Below the pieces are notes generated by a model. That model was given only the letters and a program-made list of their open reading frames with translations, was not told the DNA's origin and made no database searches. A DNA stretch of 63,226 nucleotides, the filler included, from Octopus bimaculoides (taxonomy: Eukaryota), in the NCBI RefSeq assembly GCF_001194135.2. It is 4 parts of 4 records of this genome, joined end to end, with 100 filler letters (N's around TTAATTAATTAA, not from the genome) between each part and the next. Parts side by side here need not be neighbours in the genome. Positions count along the whole stretch, not along the records: positions 45,577 to 59,995 come from NC_068996.1; positions 60,096 to 63,226 come from NC_068997.1; 2 more parts are not named here. One strand, given 5' to 3'. The translations under genes were made by a program, and so were the position numbers. The first letter of the stretch is position 1, and the number at the start of each line of letters is the position of its first letter. This document shows positions 47,630 to 60,933 of this stretch, piece by piece.

Positions 47630-48260
47630 TACAAAATGGGACAAGGACGCAAAACATCCAGACAGATAGGTGATACAAGAAAGGGACAAAACATGCAGAT
47701 AGACGATACAAAGAAAACACGGACGTTTCAATCGGCGTTTTCTCTCTTCAGTCGAGATCCAGATTATCCTTTCAATTTCGGCTGGTTATTCTCGATATTG
47801 CTCCAATCTGGCCAGCCCCAAGGAAAAACTAAGCTAAGAGCATTAGATTCCTTGGAAGAAAGCAGCGAATGTATACAAAAACAAGGACGGAAAAAAACGA
47901 AACAATGTTACACAAATACAGTAGGAATAATAACGGGACAAAACCACAGATGTCTTTCGACTAGGGATGAATTAAATTAAGCTGGCGTATATGGAAATAA
48001 GGCCTTACAGCAGGGATATAAGATTTCACAAGCACAGGAAGGAATAATGTTACACGTACAACGGCCGGCTAAGAAAGAAAGATCACGCTTGGCCGAACAA
48101 CGGTCACATGGGAAGAGAAGAGGGAGAGGTAGAGGCAAAGGGACAAAATAATTAGGGAGGGGCGAGAAAAATGACAGGGACACAGTGAAGTGAGAGGTGG
48201 AGGGAAAGAAAAGAAGGAAAGGAAATGTGAGCGAGAGGAAACGAAAGAAGGAACAGTATA
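47630..48260 (-). mobile_element. Non-coding repeat joining families P2 and the 34560-34960 family
   Basis: 47630-47900 is homologous to 16420-16705, and 47930-48260 to 34560-34960. Contains CTGAAGA (47745-47751) and GAAACGTC (47722-47729) on the minus strand. Confidence 0.55.
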
Positions 48261-48265
48261 TATAT

Positions 48266-48304
<39 letters not shown>

Positions 48305-49549
48305 CGTGTGTGTGTGTGTGTGTATGTATATGTGTAACAACAAATGCGATTGATGCAAGTCTTTTCAGATCTTTTCTCTATGGCTGCACCTGTCGAGATT
48401 TTAAAGTTTAGTGAAAATTTTAAAATTTAGTGTATTGGTGTAATTTTCCACGCTAAATATGCGAGGATATTTAACTTTTGCCAGAAAAATGTTTTTAAAA
48501 TGTTATAGAAGTTTGAAGTTTGATCATTTTTACCCAATCAGAAAACAGGATTTGGAAGCTGTCATTTTGTGCGTGACTGCATGAGTTGTCTACATCCTCA
48601 AAATAGCATGTTTTAATATGAAACTGTAAATAAATCAGATCATGTTTTACTCACGACATACAATCGCTAATAACTTGTTTTATTTTTTGGAATTTTCAGA
48701 AAGTTTTTGCAAATTTGTATTCTACACATGGGGGTTCATACGATTTACTCTTTTACTCTTTCACTTGTTTCAGTCATTTGACTGCGGCCATGCTAGAACA
48801 CCGCCTTTAGTCGAGCAAATCGACCCCGGGACTTATTCTTTGTAAGCCTAGTACTTATTCTATCGGTCTCTTTTGCCGAACCGCTAAGTTACGGGGACAT
48901 AAACACACCAGCATCGGTTGTCAAGCAATGCTAGGGTACAAAAACAGGCACACAAACACACACACAGACACATATATATATACATATATATACGACGGGC
49001 TTCTTTCCGTTTCCGTCTACCAAATCCACGCACAAGGCTTTGGTCGGTCCGAGGCTATAGTAGAAGACACTTGCCCAAGGTACTACGCAGTGGGAATGAA
49101 CCCGGAACCATGTGGTTGGTAAGCAAGCTACTTACCACACAGCCACCCCTGCACACTGCCTATGCACAAAAAAAGAAAAAATATTAGGGTGCGTGATTTA
49201 AGGCTTAGTTATCTGTTATTTGGAAACAGGGCCCATGAGCCTGGCTAGTCTTGAAAAGAGCGACGTTTTATCGTTACATTCACAAAGACCTTTCCCTAGC
49301 TAACCTCAAAGTTACCAAAAATTACCATTGAGTAAGTGGATCAAGAACATGCACGAAAACGAAAAGTTTCGCTGAAGAGGTCACAGATGTGTGATGAAAG
49401 ATTTCCGGACAATGGACATGAGTTAAAATAATAAAATAAGAACAGGAATAAACGAGAGAAAATATATATAGTGTGTGTGTTTATTTAGCAAAAAGAAAAA
49501 TGACTATCCGAAATACAACAATATATTAAATTACACGCACACGCACACA

Positions 49550-49602
<53 letters not shown>

Positions 49603-49703
49603 ACATACACACATGCACACACACGCACACACACACACATGTATTTTGTAAGATCAACAAAAAAGTACTCCATCCGGTGAGAGATAAATATTATTTAATA
49701 GAC

Positions 49704-49910
49704 ACAATACATTTATTATGTGCTACTAATAGTTTCATGTGTTAAGAAATACCTGTCATAATCATCAGGTATAACCCACATATTATAACGAACTAAAAAT
49801 TGAATGTTTAGTTCGTTATGATATGTGGGTTGTACCTGATGAATACGTTTGAGGTATTTCTCAACATATGAAACTATTAGTAATTTGTAGCACATAAAAA
49901 CATGTATTGT
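49704..49910. mobile_element. Hairpin element (arms 49704-49797 and 49807-49910) with a hammerhead-like motif in each arm
   Basis: Arms are reverse complements around a 9-nt spacer; both retain CTGATGA and GAAACTATTAGTA. Confidence 0.75.
49831..49895 (+). ncRNA. Type I hammerhead-like motif
   Basis: TGTAC CTGATGA ATACGTTTGAG-gtattt-CTCAACATAT GAAAC TATTA GTA [atttgta] GCACA. Intact core and GUA triplet; a 7-nt insertion sits before the stem I 3' strand. Confidence 0.5.
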
Positions 49911-50737
49911 AATATATATATATATATATATATACTATTTCATTATCAATTTATAATTAGCCTTTATTTATTCACATATTAATTAAACAAATATTGGTAT
50001 CTCAAGTATTTCAAACTTAGCATATGTAAAACAATGCTGATAAATTATTCTGATTAATGAAAACTATGAATAACCATTTACTGTATCTGTATACAATATA
50101 GCAACTTTATTTTATATACGTTTGACCTAGGTGCTATATGATAAGACTTTCCCTGTTTCATTATAAACTGGTCTGCTAGTAGAGAAACAGACCACCTATA
50201 GTAGTTTGTCACCAAACCCAAAGAAATTTTATAACTATATCATTTATGTTTACTGTCTATACTGTTTACCCCTTACCCTAAAAAGAAAATGCCATTGTCC
50301 TCTTAAGCTTTGAATCACTAGGTCTGATAAGATAGTCCATAAATCAGAACCAAAAAAAAAAAACAAATAAAATCAGTGACAGTTAAAATCTGCTTAGAAT
50401 TATTTACTAGCCTGTATGGTCTGGCTAAGTCAAAATGTATTTTTGTATTCCTCCTTTCTACTTGGAGAGTTTAGATTTAATCATAAAAATATGCCCTTCT
50501 GTTCAAGTGTAATTTCATTAAATTTCTATATCTTTGTACAGCTGAAGATTGCTTTACATTTTATATTTGATGTAATGTTTACATTGTTCAATTAAATGGA
50601 GTCGCATGAAACGATCGTACTGCATTACCTCTGAATATCCTTGTTGCTTATTTTGATTTTAATCACCTTATTTTGAAACTGTATGGATAGTACCGTACTA
50701 AATTCTGGTGCCTAAACTTAAGTACCATATTCACCTG

Positions 50738-50738
50738 A

Positions 50739-50812
<74 letters not shown>
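50738..50812. repeat. (TCTA)n tetranucleotide microsatellite
   Basis: Direct reading. Confidence 0.95.
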
Positions 50813-52270
50813 TATTTATATCATTATATGATTAAACGCCACGCTTCCATTTCCAAGTAAGTTTATCTTAATAATTTTGATGCGACTCTACTCTGTACTG
50901 TTCTCTCTCTCCCACTTCCTCCTTTACTCTCTCTCGTTGCTCACACGTGACCACGGTCCATCTTTCTTTTCCTCACGTGATCATCTTTCTTTTCCTTCAG
51001 TCTGTCGCTACATAACAGACGCATTCTTATCTGTCTTCTCTCCTATCTTTTCCCTTATCAAAGAATATTCTTTCAGCGTTTGCCACCTTACCTCGTCTGG
51101 CTTAACGGCCCTCCCTGTTTGTTTTCGTTTCGTTTAGTTTGTTTTATGTCCTGTTTTTGTTACCATCTTTGACCCACCATAAATCCCAAATTTTGTTTTG
51201 ATTTGCGGGAATTGCTCGAAATGTGGAGTAGATAAACAACTGATGAATGGTCGTTCCTTATGTTACTTGTCTTGCTTCCCATTTGTTTCTCTCGTTGTTC
51301 GCATACCCATGTTTGCCTTCGAATTTCATGTCTTCGTATTTCATGTTGTTTACGTCCTGTACCCATACATGCATATATACGTGTGTGTGTGTATGCTTGT
51401 ATGTATATGTATATATATATGGTGGACTTTCCTTTTCGAAGACGACGTATGAGCGTTCAGCTTTTGCCAAGCGACCTGTGCAAATGATATATTTATGGTC
51501 ACCAAATGTTCGTGCANNNNNNNNNNNNNNNNNNNNNNNNNNNNNNNNNNNNNNNNNNNNNNNNNNNNNNNNNNNNNNNNNNNNNNNNNNNNNNNNNNNN
51601 NNNNNNNNNNNNNNNNNNNNNNNNNNNNNNNNNNNNNNNNNNNNNNNNNNNNNNNNNNNNNNNNNNNNNNNNNNNNNNNNNNNNNNNNNNNNNNNNNNNN
51701 NNNNNNNNNNNNNNNNNNNNNNNNNNNNNNNNNNNNNNNNNNNNNNNNNNNNNNNNNNNNNNNNNNNNNNNNNNNNNNNNNNNNNNNNNNNNNNNNNNNN
51801 NNNNNNNNNNNNNNNNNNNNNNNNNNNNNNNNNNNNNNNNNNNNNNNNNNNNNNNNNNNNNNNNNNNNNNNNNNNNNNNNNNNNNNNNNNNNNNNNNNNN
51901 NNNNNNNNNNNNNNNNNNNNNNNNNNNNNNNNNNNNNNNNNNNNNNNNNNNNNNNNNNNNNNNNNNNNNNNNNNNNNNNNNNNNNNNNNNNNNNNNNNNN
52001 NNNNNNNNNNNNNNNNNNNNNNNNNNNNNNNNNNNNNNNNNNNNNNNNNNNNNNNNNNNNNNNNNNNNNNNNNNNNNNNNNNNNNNNNNNNNNNNNNNNN
52101 TAAATCATGCGGATTGTTCAGTTGCATGAACTAAAATTCGGAGGGAGACGGGATAAACTACCTGCATCAATTTGCCAGAAAAGCAGGTAGTAATTTTACC
52201 TTGTCTTTATTCTTAGTGCGAGTTTTCAAGAGTGCAATTCTATTTTAGCTGTTATTTTTTCAAAGCTATA

Positions 52271-52580
52271 ATGGAAGTGACAAAGGAGTATATTCGGTAT
52301 ATTTTGGTCTATGAGTTCAATAAAGGCAACAACGCAACGGAAAGTGTAAGGAATATTAATGCAGTATATGGGGATCGGACAATAAGCATAAGCCAGTGTC
52401 AACAGTGGTTCCAGAAATTCCGAGCCGGAAAAGATAGCCTACAAGACGAGCATCGTCCTGGAAGATCTGTAGAGCTCGACGAGGACGTCTTGCAAACCCT
52501 GGTGGAACAAAATCCTATCGTAACTATTGAGGAACTAGCAGAGAAGCTTGGTTTTAGTCATTCAACCATTCATCAACACC
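52271..52580 (+). mobile_element. Mariner transposase N-terminal (HTH) fragment
   Basis: MEVTKEYIRYILVYEFNKGNNATESVRNINAVYGDRTISISQCQQWFQKFRAGKDSLQDEHRPGRSVELDEDVL...EELAEKLG matches the mariner WF.KFR.G...L.DE.R.GR pattern. The contig lies between gaps. Confidence 0.85.
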
Positions 52581-53917
52581 AGTGCTAGAATAAAAACGAC
52601 CATCTTTGGTTTCAAGATGAAAGGTGTTCTTCCATCNNNNNNNNNNGCATATATACGTGTGTGTGTGTATGCTTGTATGTATATGTATATATATATGGTG
52701 GACTTTCCTTTTCGAAGACGACGTATGAGCGTTCAGCTTTTGCCAAGCGACCTGTGCAAATGATATATTTATGGTCACCAAATGTTCGTGCAGCACATTA
52801 CCTTACTCTCATCATCAAATCGACGTTGCCTGAACTGATGTTAAGAATCGAAGTGCTCGCAGAGCAACGTGAGGTGTAATAATGTGCTCAAGAACACAAT
52901 AAACCACCCATATATATATATATATATATATATANNNNNNNNNNNNNNNNNNNNNNNNNNNNNNNNNNNNNNNNNNNNNNNNNNNNNNNNNNNNNNNNNN
53001 NNNNNNNNNNNNNNNNNNNNNNNNNNNNNNNNNNNNNNNNNNNNNNNNNNNNNNNNNNNNNNNNNNNNNNNNNNNNNNNNNNNNNNNNNNNNNNNNNNNN
53101 NNNNNNNNNNNNNNNNNNNNNNNNNNNNNNNNNNNNNNNNNNNNNNNNNNNNNNNNNNNNNNNNNNNNNNNNNNNNNNNNNNNNNNNNNNNNNNNNNNNN
53201 NNNNNNNNNNNNNNNNNNNNNNNNNNNNNNNNNNNNNNNNNNNNNNNNNNNNNNNNNNNNNNNNNNNNNNNNNNNNNNNNNNNNNNNNNNNNNNNNNNNN
53301 NNNNNNNNNNNNNNNNNNNNNNNNNNNNNNNNNNNNNNNNNNNNNNNNNNNNNNNNNNNNNNNNNNNNNNNNNNNNNNNNNNNNNNNNNNNNNNNNNNNN
53401 NNNNNNNNNNNNNNNNNNNNNNNNNNNNNNNNNNNNNNNNNNNNNNNNNNNNNNNNNNNNNNNNNNNNNNNNNNNNNNNNNNNNNNNNNNNNNNNNNNNN
53501 NNNNNNNNNNNNNNNNNNNNNNNNNNNNNNNNNNNNNNNNNNNNNNNNNNNNNNNNNNNNNNNNNNNNNNNNNNNNNNNNNNNNNNNNNNNNNNNNNNNN
53601 NNNNNNNNNNNNNNNNNNNNNNNNNNNNNNNNNNNNNNNNNNNNNNNNNNNNNNNNNNNNNNNNNNNNNNNNNNNNNNNNNNNNNNNNNNNNNNNNNNNN
53701 NNNNNNNNNNNNNNNNNNNNNNNNNNNNNNNNNNNNNNNNNNNNNNNNNNNNNNNNNNNNNNNNNNNNNNNNNNNNNNNNNNNNNNNNNNNNNNNNNNNN
53801 NNNNNNNNNNNNNNNNNNNNNNNNNNNNNNNNNNNNNNNNNNNNNNNNNNNNNNNNNNNNNNNNNNNNNNNNNNNNNNNNNNNNNNNNNNNNNNNNNNNN
53901 NNNNNNNNNNNNNNNNN

Positions 53918-53955
<38 letters not shown>

Positions 53956-54894
53956 GAGCTTTAGGTGTTTTCGCTCAATAAACACTCACAACGTCCGGTC
54001 TGGGAATCGAAATGGCGATCCTACGACCGCTCTTCCACACACACACACACACACACACTACCACCACTACCACTTGACAACCGGGGTTTGCGCATATCTA
54101 ATATATTGTACTTATTTATTTTTCTATCTATTCATTCTTTTATTTTAATTCGTGCTTTCATTTGTCTATTTATTTAAGCGACCCGTTTTCTCATCTTAGT
54201 TCTCTCTCTTTTATGTCTCTTTCTTTTCCTACCAATCCCCATCTCTAACAACTACTCCCTTTCTCCCCCCATTTCTCTCTCTCTCTTTCTGCTTCTTACT
54301 CTCCCGATAAATGTTCTATTCCTTCTAGCTGTGTCCTTCGCTCTCATGCTGGTTGGCTATCCTGATATAAACTACCCAAGACTATAAAGGGTACAATCTG
54401 TTGTATAGTTCATAGTTTGAAATCTCTTAACTGAGGAAGGTATTGTGTGAGAGATGAATTCCTTTTCCTCTCTTACATAATGATCTGAAACGAACATACA
54501 AATGCATACTTACGTACGTACGTACGCACGTACATACATGCATAAATACATGCATACATATATATAGATATGTGAATATATACACCCACCACACTCATAA
54601 TTGAAAACAGTTGCACAAATGACCCATCAGCCATAATTTTGCCCCCAGCCTACCAGCTCTATGCTGGAGAATGAAATGAAATACCAACTTGGTGAAAAGC
54701 GCATTCTTCCAAGATCGCATATAAATTTTGTCTATCTCTCAATATAACTGAATACAAAAATAAATGCAAAGCTCTAAACTTTCACTAAAGCTACAGAATC
54801 TGATTAATTACAATGCAACTGGAGGTGATCTAATAGATGAATGCTTGTACACAGCTTAGACGTTCTACAGAAGATCACTCACTTTATATTCAAA

Positions 54895-55370
54895 TAAAGG
54901 CGGCGAGCTGGATTAAAGGCGGCAGAATCGTTAGCACGCCTGGCGAAATGCTTAGCGGTATATCGTCCGTCAATGGCGGCGAGCTGGCAGAATCGTTAGC
55001 ACGCCGGGCGAAATGCTTAGTCGCATTTTGTCTGCCGTTACGTTCTGAGTTCAAATTCCACCAAGGTCGACTTTACCTTTCATCCTTTCGGGGTCGATAA
55101 ATTAAGTACCAGTTACGCACTGGCGTCGATGTAATCGACTTAATCCCTTTGTCTGTCCTTGTTTGTCTCCTCTATGTTTAGCTCCTTGTGGGCAATAAAG
55201 AAATAGGTATATCGTCCGTCTTTACGCTCTGAGTTCAAATTCCGCCGAGGTCGACTTTGCCTTTCATCCTTTTGGGGTCGATAAATTAAATACCAGTTGC
55301 GTACTGGGTCGATCTAATCGACTGGTCCCTTCTCCAAAAATTTCGTCCCTTGTGCCTAGAGTAGAAAAGT
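54895..55370 (+). mobile_element. SINE family A nested in another family A copy
   Basis: Inner copy 54972-55205 is flanked by a perfect 15-bp duplication ggtatatcgtccgtc (54957-54971 and 55206-55220). Confidence 0.85.
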
Positions 55371-58300
55371 ATATTCAAATAGATCTAGGAGAATGAATAA
55401 ATATGCGAACCCATCGTACTAACATCTGAGGTAAATGACGTAAGGACCCTATCCATACGGAAAACAATAGTTAAGTTAGTGTTAGCTTAAGCAATGCTAT
55501 GATAAATCAATCTTAATCAATCATGGTTCCACGCACACAATAAAGCTTAATCAATCATGTTCAGTCCTGGAAAAACATCAAATCAAGGAAGCTAAGTGTG
55601 GCAGCTCTGAATTTTTAGTTAATTAAAATTAGAGTAACACACTATTATTATGTTGTCACGCCAACGCATTTACTTTATTGTACGTACATTTAGTAATTCT
55701 CATACCACCAGTATGACAAATAAGGAAAGATTATGGTTCACTGAAGCGATCTAATAAAAGTGAAACGTCATAATTTATGCTGGGTAAATGTTAGATTAAA
55801 TTTATAGTATTCATTCGACTAACATCTTATCTCCGTCATTATATCCGCAATTTTAAATTTAATTAATCGAAACCTGTGTATTGCTGCCCCTACCCGCACT
55901 GATAAAATCTATTATTGAGCGAATACTTACCTATTCTCTTCGCAGAAGTATTAACGACATTTAGCAGTTAACATTGATTTAACGGTGCACATGGCGGAGA
56001 AGTAAACGCCCCACCTGCCCCTTAATTAAAAAAAAAAAAATTTTACGGAATCCCACGTTTTCGGCAATGGATATTTCGATTCTGAAAAAGAATTTTCAAA
56101 AATTGTACCAACCGTATGGTTCCGGGTTCAGTCCCACTGCGTGACACCTTGGGCAAGTGTCTTCTACTATAGCCTCGATCCAACCAAAGCCTTGTGAGTG
56201 GATTTGGGAGAAGGAACTGAAACAAGACCGTCGTATATATGTATNNNNNNNNNNNNNNNNNNNNNNNNNNNNNNNNNNNNNNNNNNNNNNNNNNNNNNNN
56301 NNNNNNNNNNNNNNNNNNNNNNNNNNNNNNNNNNNNNNNNNNNNNNNNNNNNNNNNNNNNNNNNNNNNNNNNNNNNNNNNNNNNNNNNNNNNNNNNNNNN
56401 NNNNNNNNNNNNNNNNNNNNNNNNNNNNNNNNNNNNNNNNNNNNNNNNNNNNNNNNNNNNNNNNNNNNNNNNNNNNNNNNNNNNNNNNNNNNNNNNNNNN
56501 NNNNNNNNNNNNNNNNNNNNNNNNNNNNNNNNNNNNNNNNNNNNNNNNNNNNNNNNNNNNNNNNNNNNNNNNNNNNNNNNNNNNNNNNNNNNNNNNNNNN
56601 NNNNNNNNNNNNNNNNNNNNNNNNNNNNNNNNNNNNNNNNNNNNNNNNNNNNNNNNNNNNNNNNNNNNNNNNNNNNNNNNNNNNNNNNNNNNNNNNNNNN
56701 NNNNNNNNNNNNNNNNNNNNNNNNNNNNNNNNNNNNNNNNNNNNNNNNNNNNNNNNNNNNNNNNNNNNNNNNNNNNNNNNNNNNNNNNNNNNNNNNNNNN
56801 NNNNNNNNNNNNNNNNNNNNNNNNNNNNNNNNNNNNNNNNNNNNNNNNNNNNNNNNNNNNNNNNNNNNNNNNNNNNNNNNNNNNNNNNNAAAAAAAAAAG
56901 TTTCTAAAGTGGGGAGGGGTCCGTTTACGTCTCCACAATCCCTTCAGTAATAAGCTTTACTTTGAACATGTTGCATCAACCATTTTTGTCAATGCCTTTG
57001 TGATTCCAAGAGGTTAGTAACTGACTGATAAACAGACGTGTGGAAAGAGCTAAGTGGGGAAGTGCCGAACAACTTTTAATGTTTTAAGTTAAAAAAAAAA
57101 AATAGCAAAAACAATGCGTGGCAGAATTAATAACAGAATGATGTTTGACTTTATTCCTCATTCACGACTGCTAGAACTATTACTATTATCAAAAGTACGT
57201 TCTGTATTATAATTGAAAATAGATCGATTATCTCTTATTTGATAGATCTTACGCACAAATTATTCAGTGGCGATTATCTCGTTGGATCTGTTTGTTTTGG
57301 CATAAACTGAAATTTCACTGAAAATATCTGTAAGGATAGAAAATGCATCTCGAATTATCTGTTCTGTACAATGAGTACTGCAGATGTCCAGATATCGACG
57401 AGTATGCCCTATTATAAAAGCAATGTGAACAACGACAGGGTGACAAAGCTTTTAAGAATATTGCCGGTTGGGTTGCCTCATATTATTTTGGGACAAGACG
57501 ATATCGCATAATACCTTAGCAGTTAGCATTAATAACAAACATTTTGGATATTTAATTGCATTACAAAGGAAATCCGTCCCCTTGTTAATAAAACCAGAAA
57601 TATTCCAACGTATAAATGATATTCCTGATATATACATATCGTAAGATATATTCCCTACATATACCTTAGAGGAAAGATGAGAGTAGAAGGTAAATTTCAT
57701 TCCAGATTGAGTTTGAATGTTGCGTATTATCCTCATTTTCAGTATTTGCAAAATGTTATCCAATTCATGGGACCTTCCACATCATATGATACCCAATGCA
57801 GCGACAGAACAAATGAATGGATTTACTGTTACAAAATCTTGGTTGATAAACACTGCGTCATTATAAAAGTAATGTAAGCAACAGTAAGGCGTGCGTATAT
57901 ATTTGAAACGTACACTGGATACCGATCGAAATATTGGTTTCAAACTTTGGTACAGGGCTAGCAATTTTAGGGGAGGAGTAAGTTGATTATAGAAAATTAT
58001 TTTATCGACCCTGAAAGGATAAAAAGCGAAGTCGACCCCGGCGGAATTTGAACTCAGAACGTAGCGACAGGGGAAATACCGCTAAGCATTTCGTTCAGCG
58101 TGCTAACGATTTATATTTCTTTATTGCCCACAAGGGGCTAAACATAGAGGGGACAAACAGGGACAGACAAAGGAATTAAGTGAATTGGATCGACCCCAGT
58201 GCGTAACTGGTACTTAATTTATCGACCCCGAAAGGATGAAAGGCAAAGTCGACCTCGGCGGAATTCGAACTCAGAACGTAGCGACGTGTCCTTGTTTGTC

Positions 58301-58818
58301 CCCTCTGTGTGTAGCCCCTTGTGGGTAGTAAAGAAATGACATGCATACATGCATACATGCATACATGCCATACCTGCATACATGCCAGGCGTGATAGCGA
58401 TTCTGCCAGCTCACCGCCTTTAGTACCGATCGAAATATTGACACGCATTGTAGCTTATGTTGGACTTGTGAACACTTGATCATTTTATATTTCAATGAGA
58501 ACGTAAGTTTTTGCAATCCACAAGCAAGCTGAACATAATAATAATGAAATATTTAAATTCCTATTAGCAAATGAAAATATCGATCAAGTTATACTATTGT
58601 GCAGTAGAAATTACATAGACATAGGTGTGTGGTAAGAAGTTTGCTACCCAACCACAAAAGCTCCAAGTTCAGTCCCACTGCATGGTACCTTGGGCAAGTG
58701 TCTTCTATTATAATCCCAGGCCGACCAAAGCCTAGTGAGTGGATTTGGTAAACGGAAACTGAAAGAAGCTCGTCGTATATATATATATATATATATATAT
58801 ATGTAAATAAATAAATAA

Positions 58819-58867
<49 letters not shown>

Positions 58868-58874
58868 TAAATAA

Positions 58875-58912
<38 letters not shown>

Positions 58913-59399
58913 TCAGCACTGAATAATTCATGCGTAAGATATATCAAATAAGGGATTATCGATGTATTTTCAATTACAGAACGTACTATATATGTGTGTG
59001 TGTGTGTGACGCACTTATTTTATCGGCCCTTTCGGGTTCGATAAAATAAGTGCATCGTGAATCGCAAAAACATATGCTTTCCTTGAAATATGAAATGATG
59101 TAGTGTTTGTGAGACCAACATAGGCTACAATAGTGTCAATATTTCGATCAGTATTAAAGGCGGCGAGCTGACAGAATCGTTAGCTCGCCGGTCAAAATGT
59201 TGAGCGGCATTTCGTCCGTCAAGATGTACTAACCGATGCAGATTTTGTGGAGTTAACACTGAAGCAATCACCCACATCAAAAGCAATTGTTCAAAAATGC
59301 CATTGCTATATTGTTTACCGATGAAACATGATGTAGTTAAGTCACTATATAATGATATCCGTTGGGAGGATAATCCTACAGTATAGTAGAGGCTATAGC

Positions 59400-59830
59400 C
59401 ACTCATAATAAGAAGGAGACCTGGTGGAATGTCCCAGAGAAAACCTTAATAAAGTGTAAACATAATAGACCTGGCTTGAGACAGCGAAGAGAAACTGTAT
59501 ACAGTATTTATTTATTTATGTGTTTCAGCCAAGTGGCTGCGGTCATGCTGGTGCACCACCGTGAGTAGTAGAAATCCTAGAGGATGTTAACACAAAGCTA
59601 AAGATCAGCGAAAAAGAAAATACTTACACTGAAGTATTGAGAAATCTACAGTTACTCTATCTAGATTACAAGTTCTGGTTTATATTTGTAATTATTAGGG
59701 CACAGAAATATGTAATACATTGCTTAAGATCTAATCTCGAGAGATTAGGCTTCTCAAAACCTGAAAGGAAGAAACTGATTGGAAGGATACAGGTCAAAGA
59801 GATCACTGGAACTGTAAGAATTTGTAAAAC
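59400..59830 (+). mobile_element. Third R4/Dong-like RLE C-terminal fragment, interrupted by a short SINE piece
   Basis: KETWWNVP...KCKHNRP, then DVNTKLKISEKENTYTEVLRNLQLLYLDYKF...LERLGF...ITGTVRICKTFQKF*. Confidence 0.65.
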
Positions 59831-59953
59831 GTTCCAGAAGTTCATCTTTTAAGTATATATGAACGTGTCTAAACTTGCAACTATATGCATGAGAAGACAT
59901 AGATAAAACAAAACATACAAATCTGCACATACACCGACTTCAAATACTGCTGA

Positions 59954-59995
<42 letters not shown>

Positions 59996-60095
59996 NNNNN
60001 NNNNNNNNNNNNNNNNNNNNNNNNNNNNNNNNNNNNNNNTTAATTAATTAANNNNNNNNNNNNNNNNNNNNNNNNNNNNNNNNNNNNNNNNNNNN

Positions 60096-60151
<56 letters not shown>

Positions 60152-60889
60152 ATGACTGAGAAGGAGAGACAAATGTGAGATGGAAACAAACAAAATAAGA
60201 AGAATAAGAAATATCAGAGTAAAATAAAGAGAAAATAGATTGTAAGAGAGATGGCAAGGAAAAGAGAAAATAGTCAAGAAATGAGCAATAAATTCAATAC
60301 AATGGACTTTGATCTATGGACAATAAATTAACTGGCGTTTGTTTGTGTGACTGACTGTTCCACTCTCGACAGATTAGTTGTAAAAATGCCTTGATTCTGT
60401 TTATGGCTTTCAAATCAAAACGTGATATTTCATCTTTTCTGTATTGTTGTTGCGTTTATTGTTGTTTTTATTCTCTGCAATTTTTGTTTGTTTTTGTTGT
60501 ATGTNNNNNNNNNNATATGTATATATATATACATACATACATTTGTATATACTTCTATGTACATAAACGTTTATATATGCATGTACATTTGGATATATTT
60601 ATATACGCAAGCAAGATACATTCATATACATAAGCGAAATACATTTATACATGCATATTCACACCCACATGTACATAGATACATAACCATACACATGTAT
60701 ATCTATATCTGGCCATACATATGTAAAGATATACAAATGAATATATCTGTATCTATCTATGTTTACATATATTTACCATACATAAAAGCAGATTCATATA
60801 TATAAACATAAATACCTTCACACACCTATACATACACTAATGCTAAAATATAATATATTTGTACCCCTCTCCCTCTCTCTCTGTGCGTT

Positions 60890-60933
<44 letters not shown>

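Noticed and set aside
50629-50678. Isolated minus-strand exon candidate FQNKVIKIKISNKDIQ, and plus-strand candidate 62813-62869
   Set aside because: Acceptable splice sites but no in-phase partners or recognisable product; such hits are expected by chance in AT-rich DNA.
51371-52792. Identical 146-bp direct repeats (51371-51516 and 52647-52792) flanking the mariner contig as an LTR or giant TSD
   Set aside because: Both copies abut N gaps and are identical, which points to unmerged overlapping contig ends with a misplaced repeat contig between them.
57452-57763. Minus-strand ORF containing VYVGNISY (RRM RNP2-like)
   Set aside because: No RNP1 motif or RRM pattern follows, and neighbouring exon candidates contain stops.
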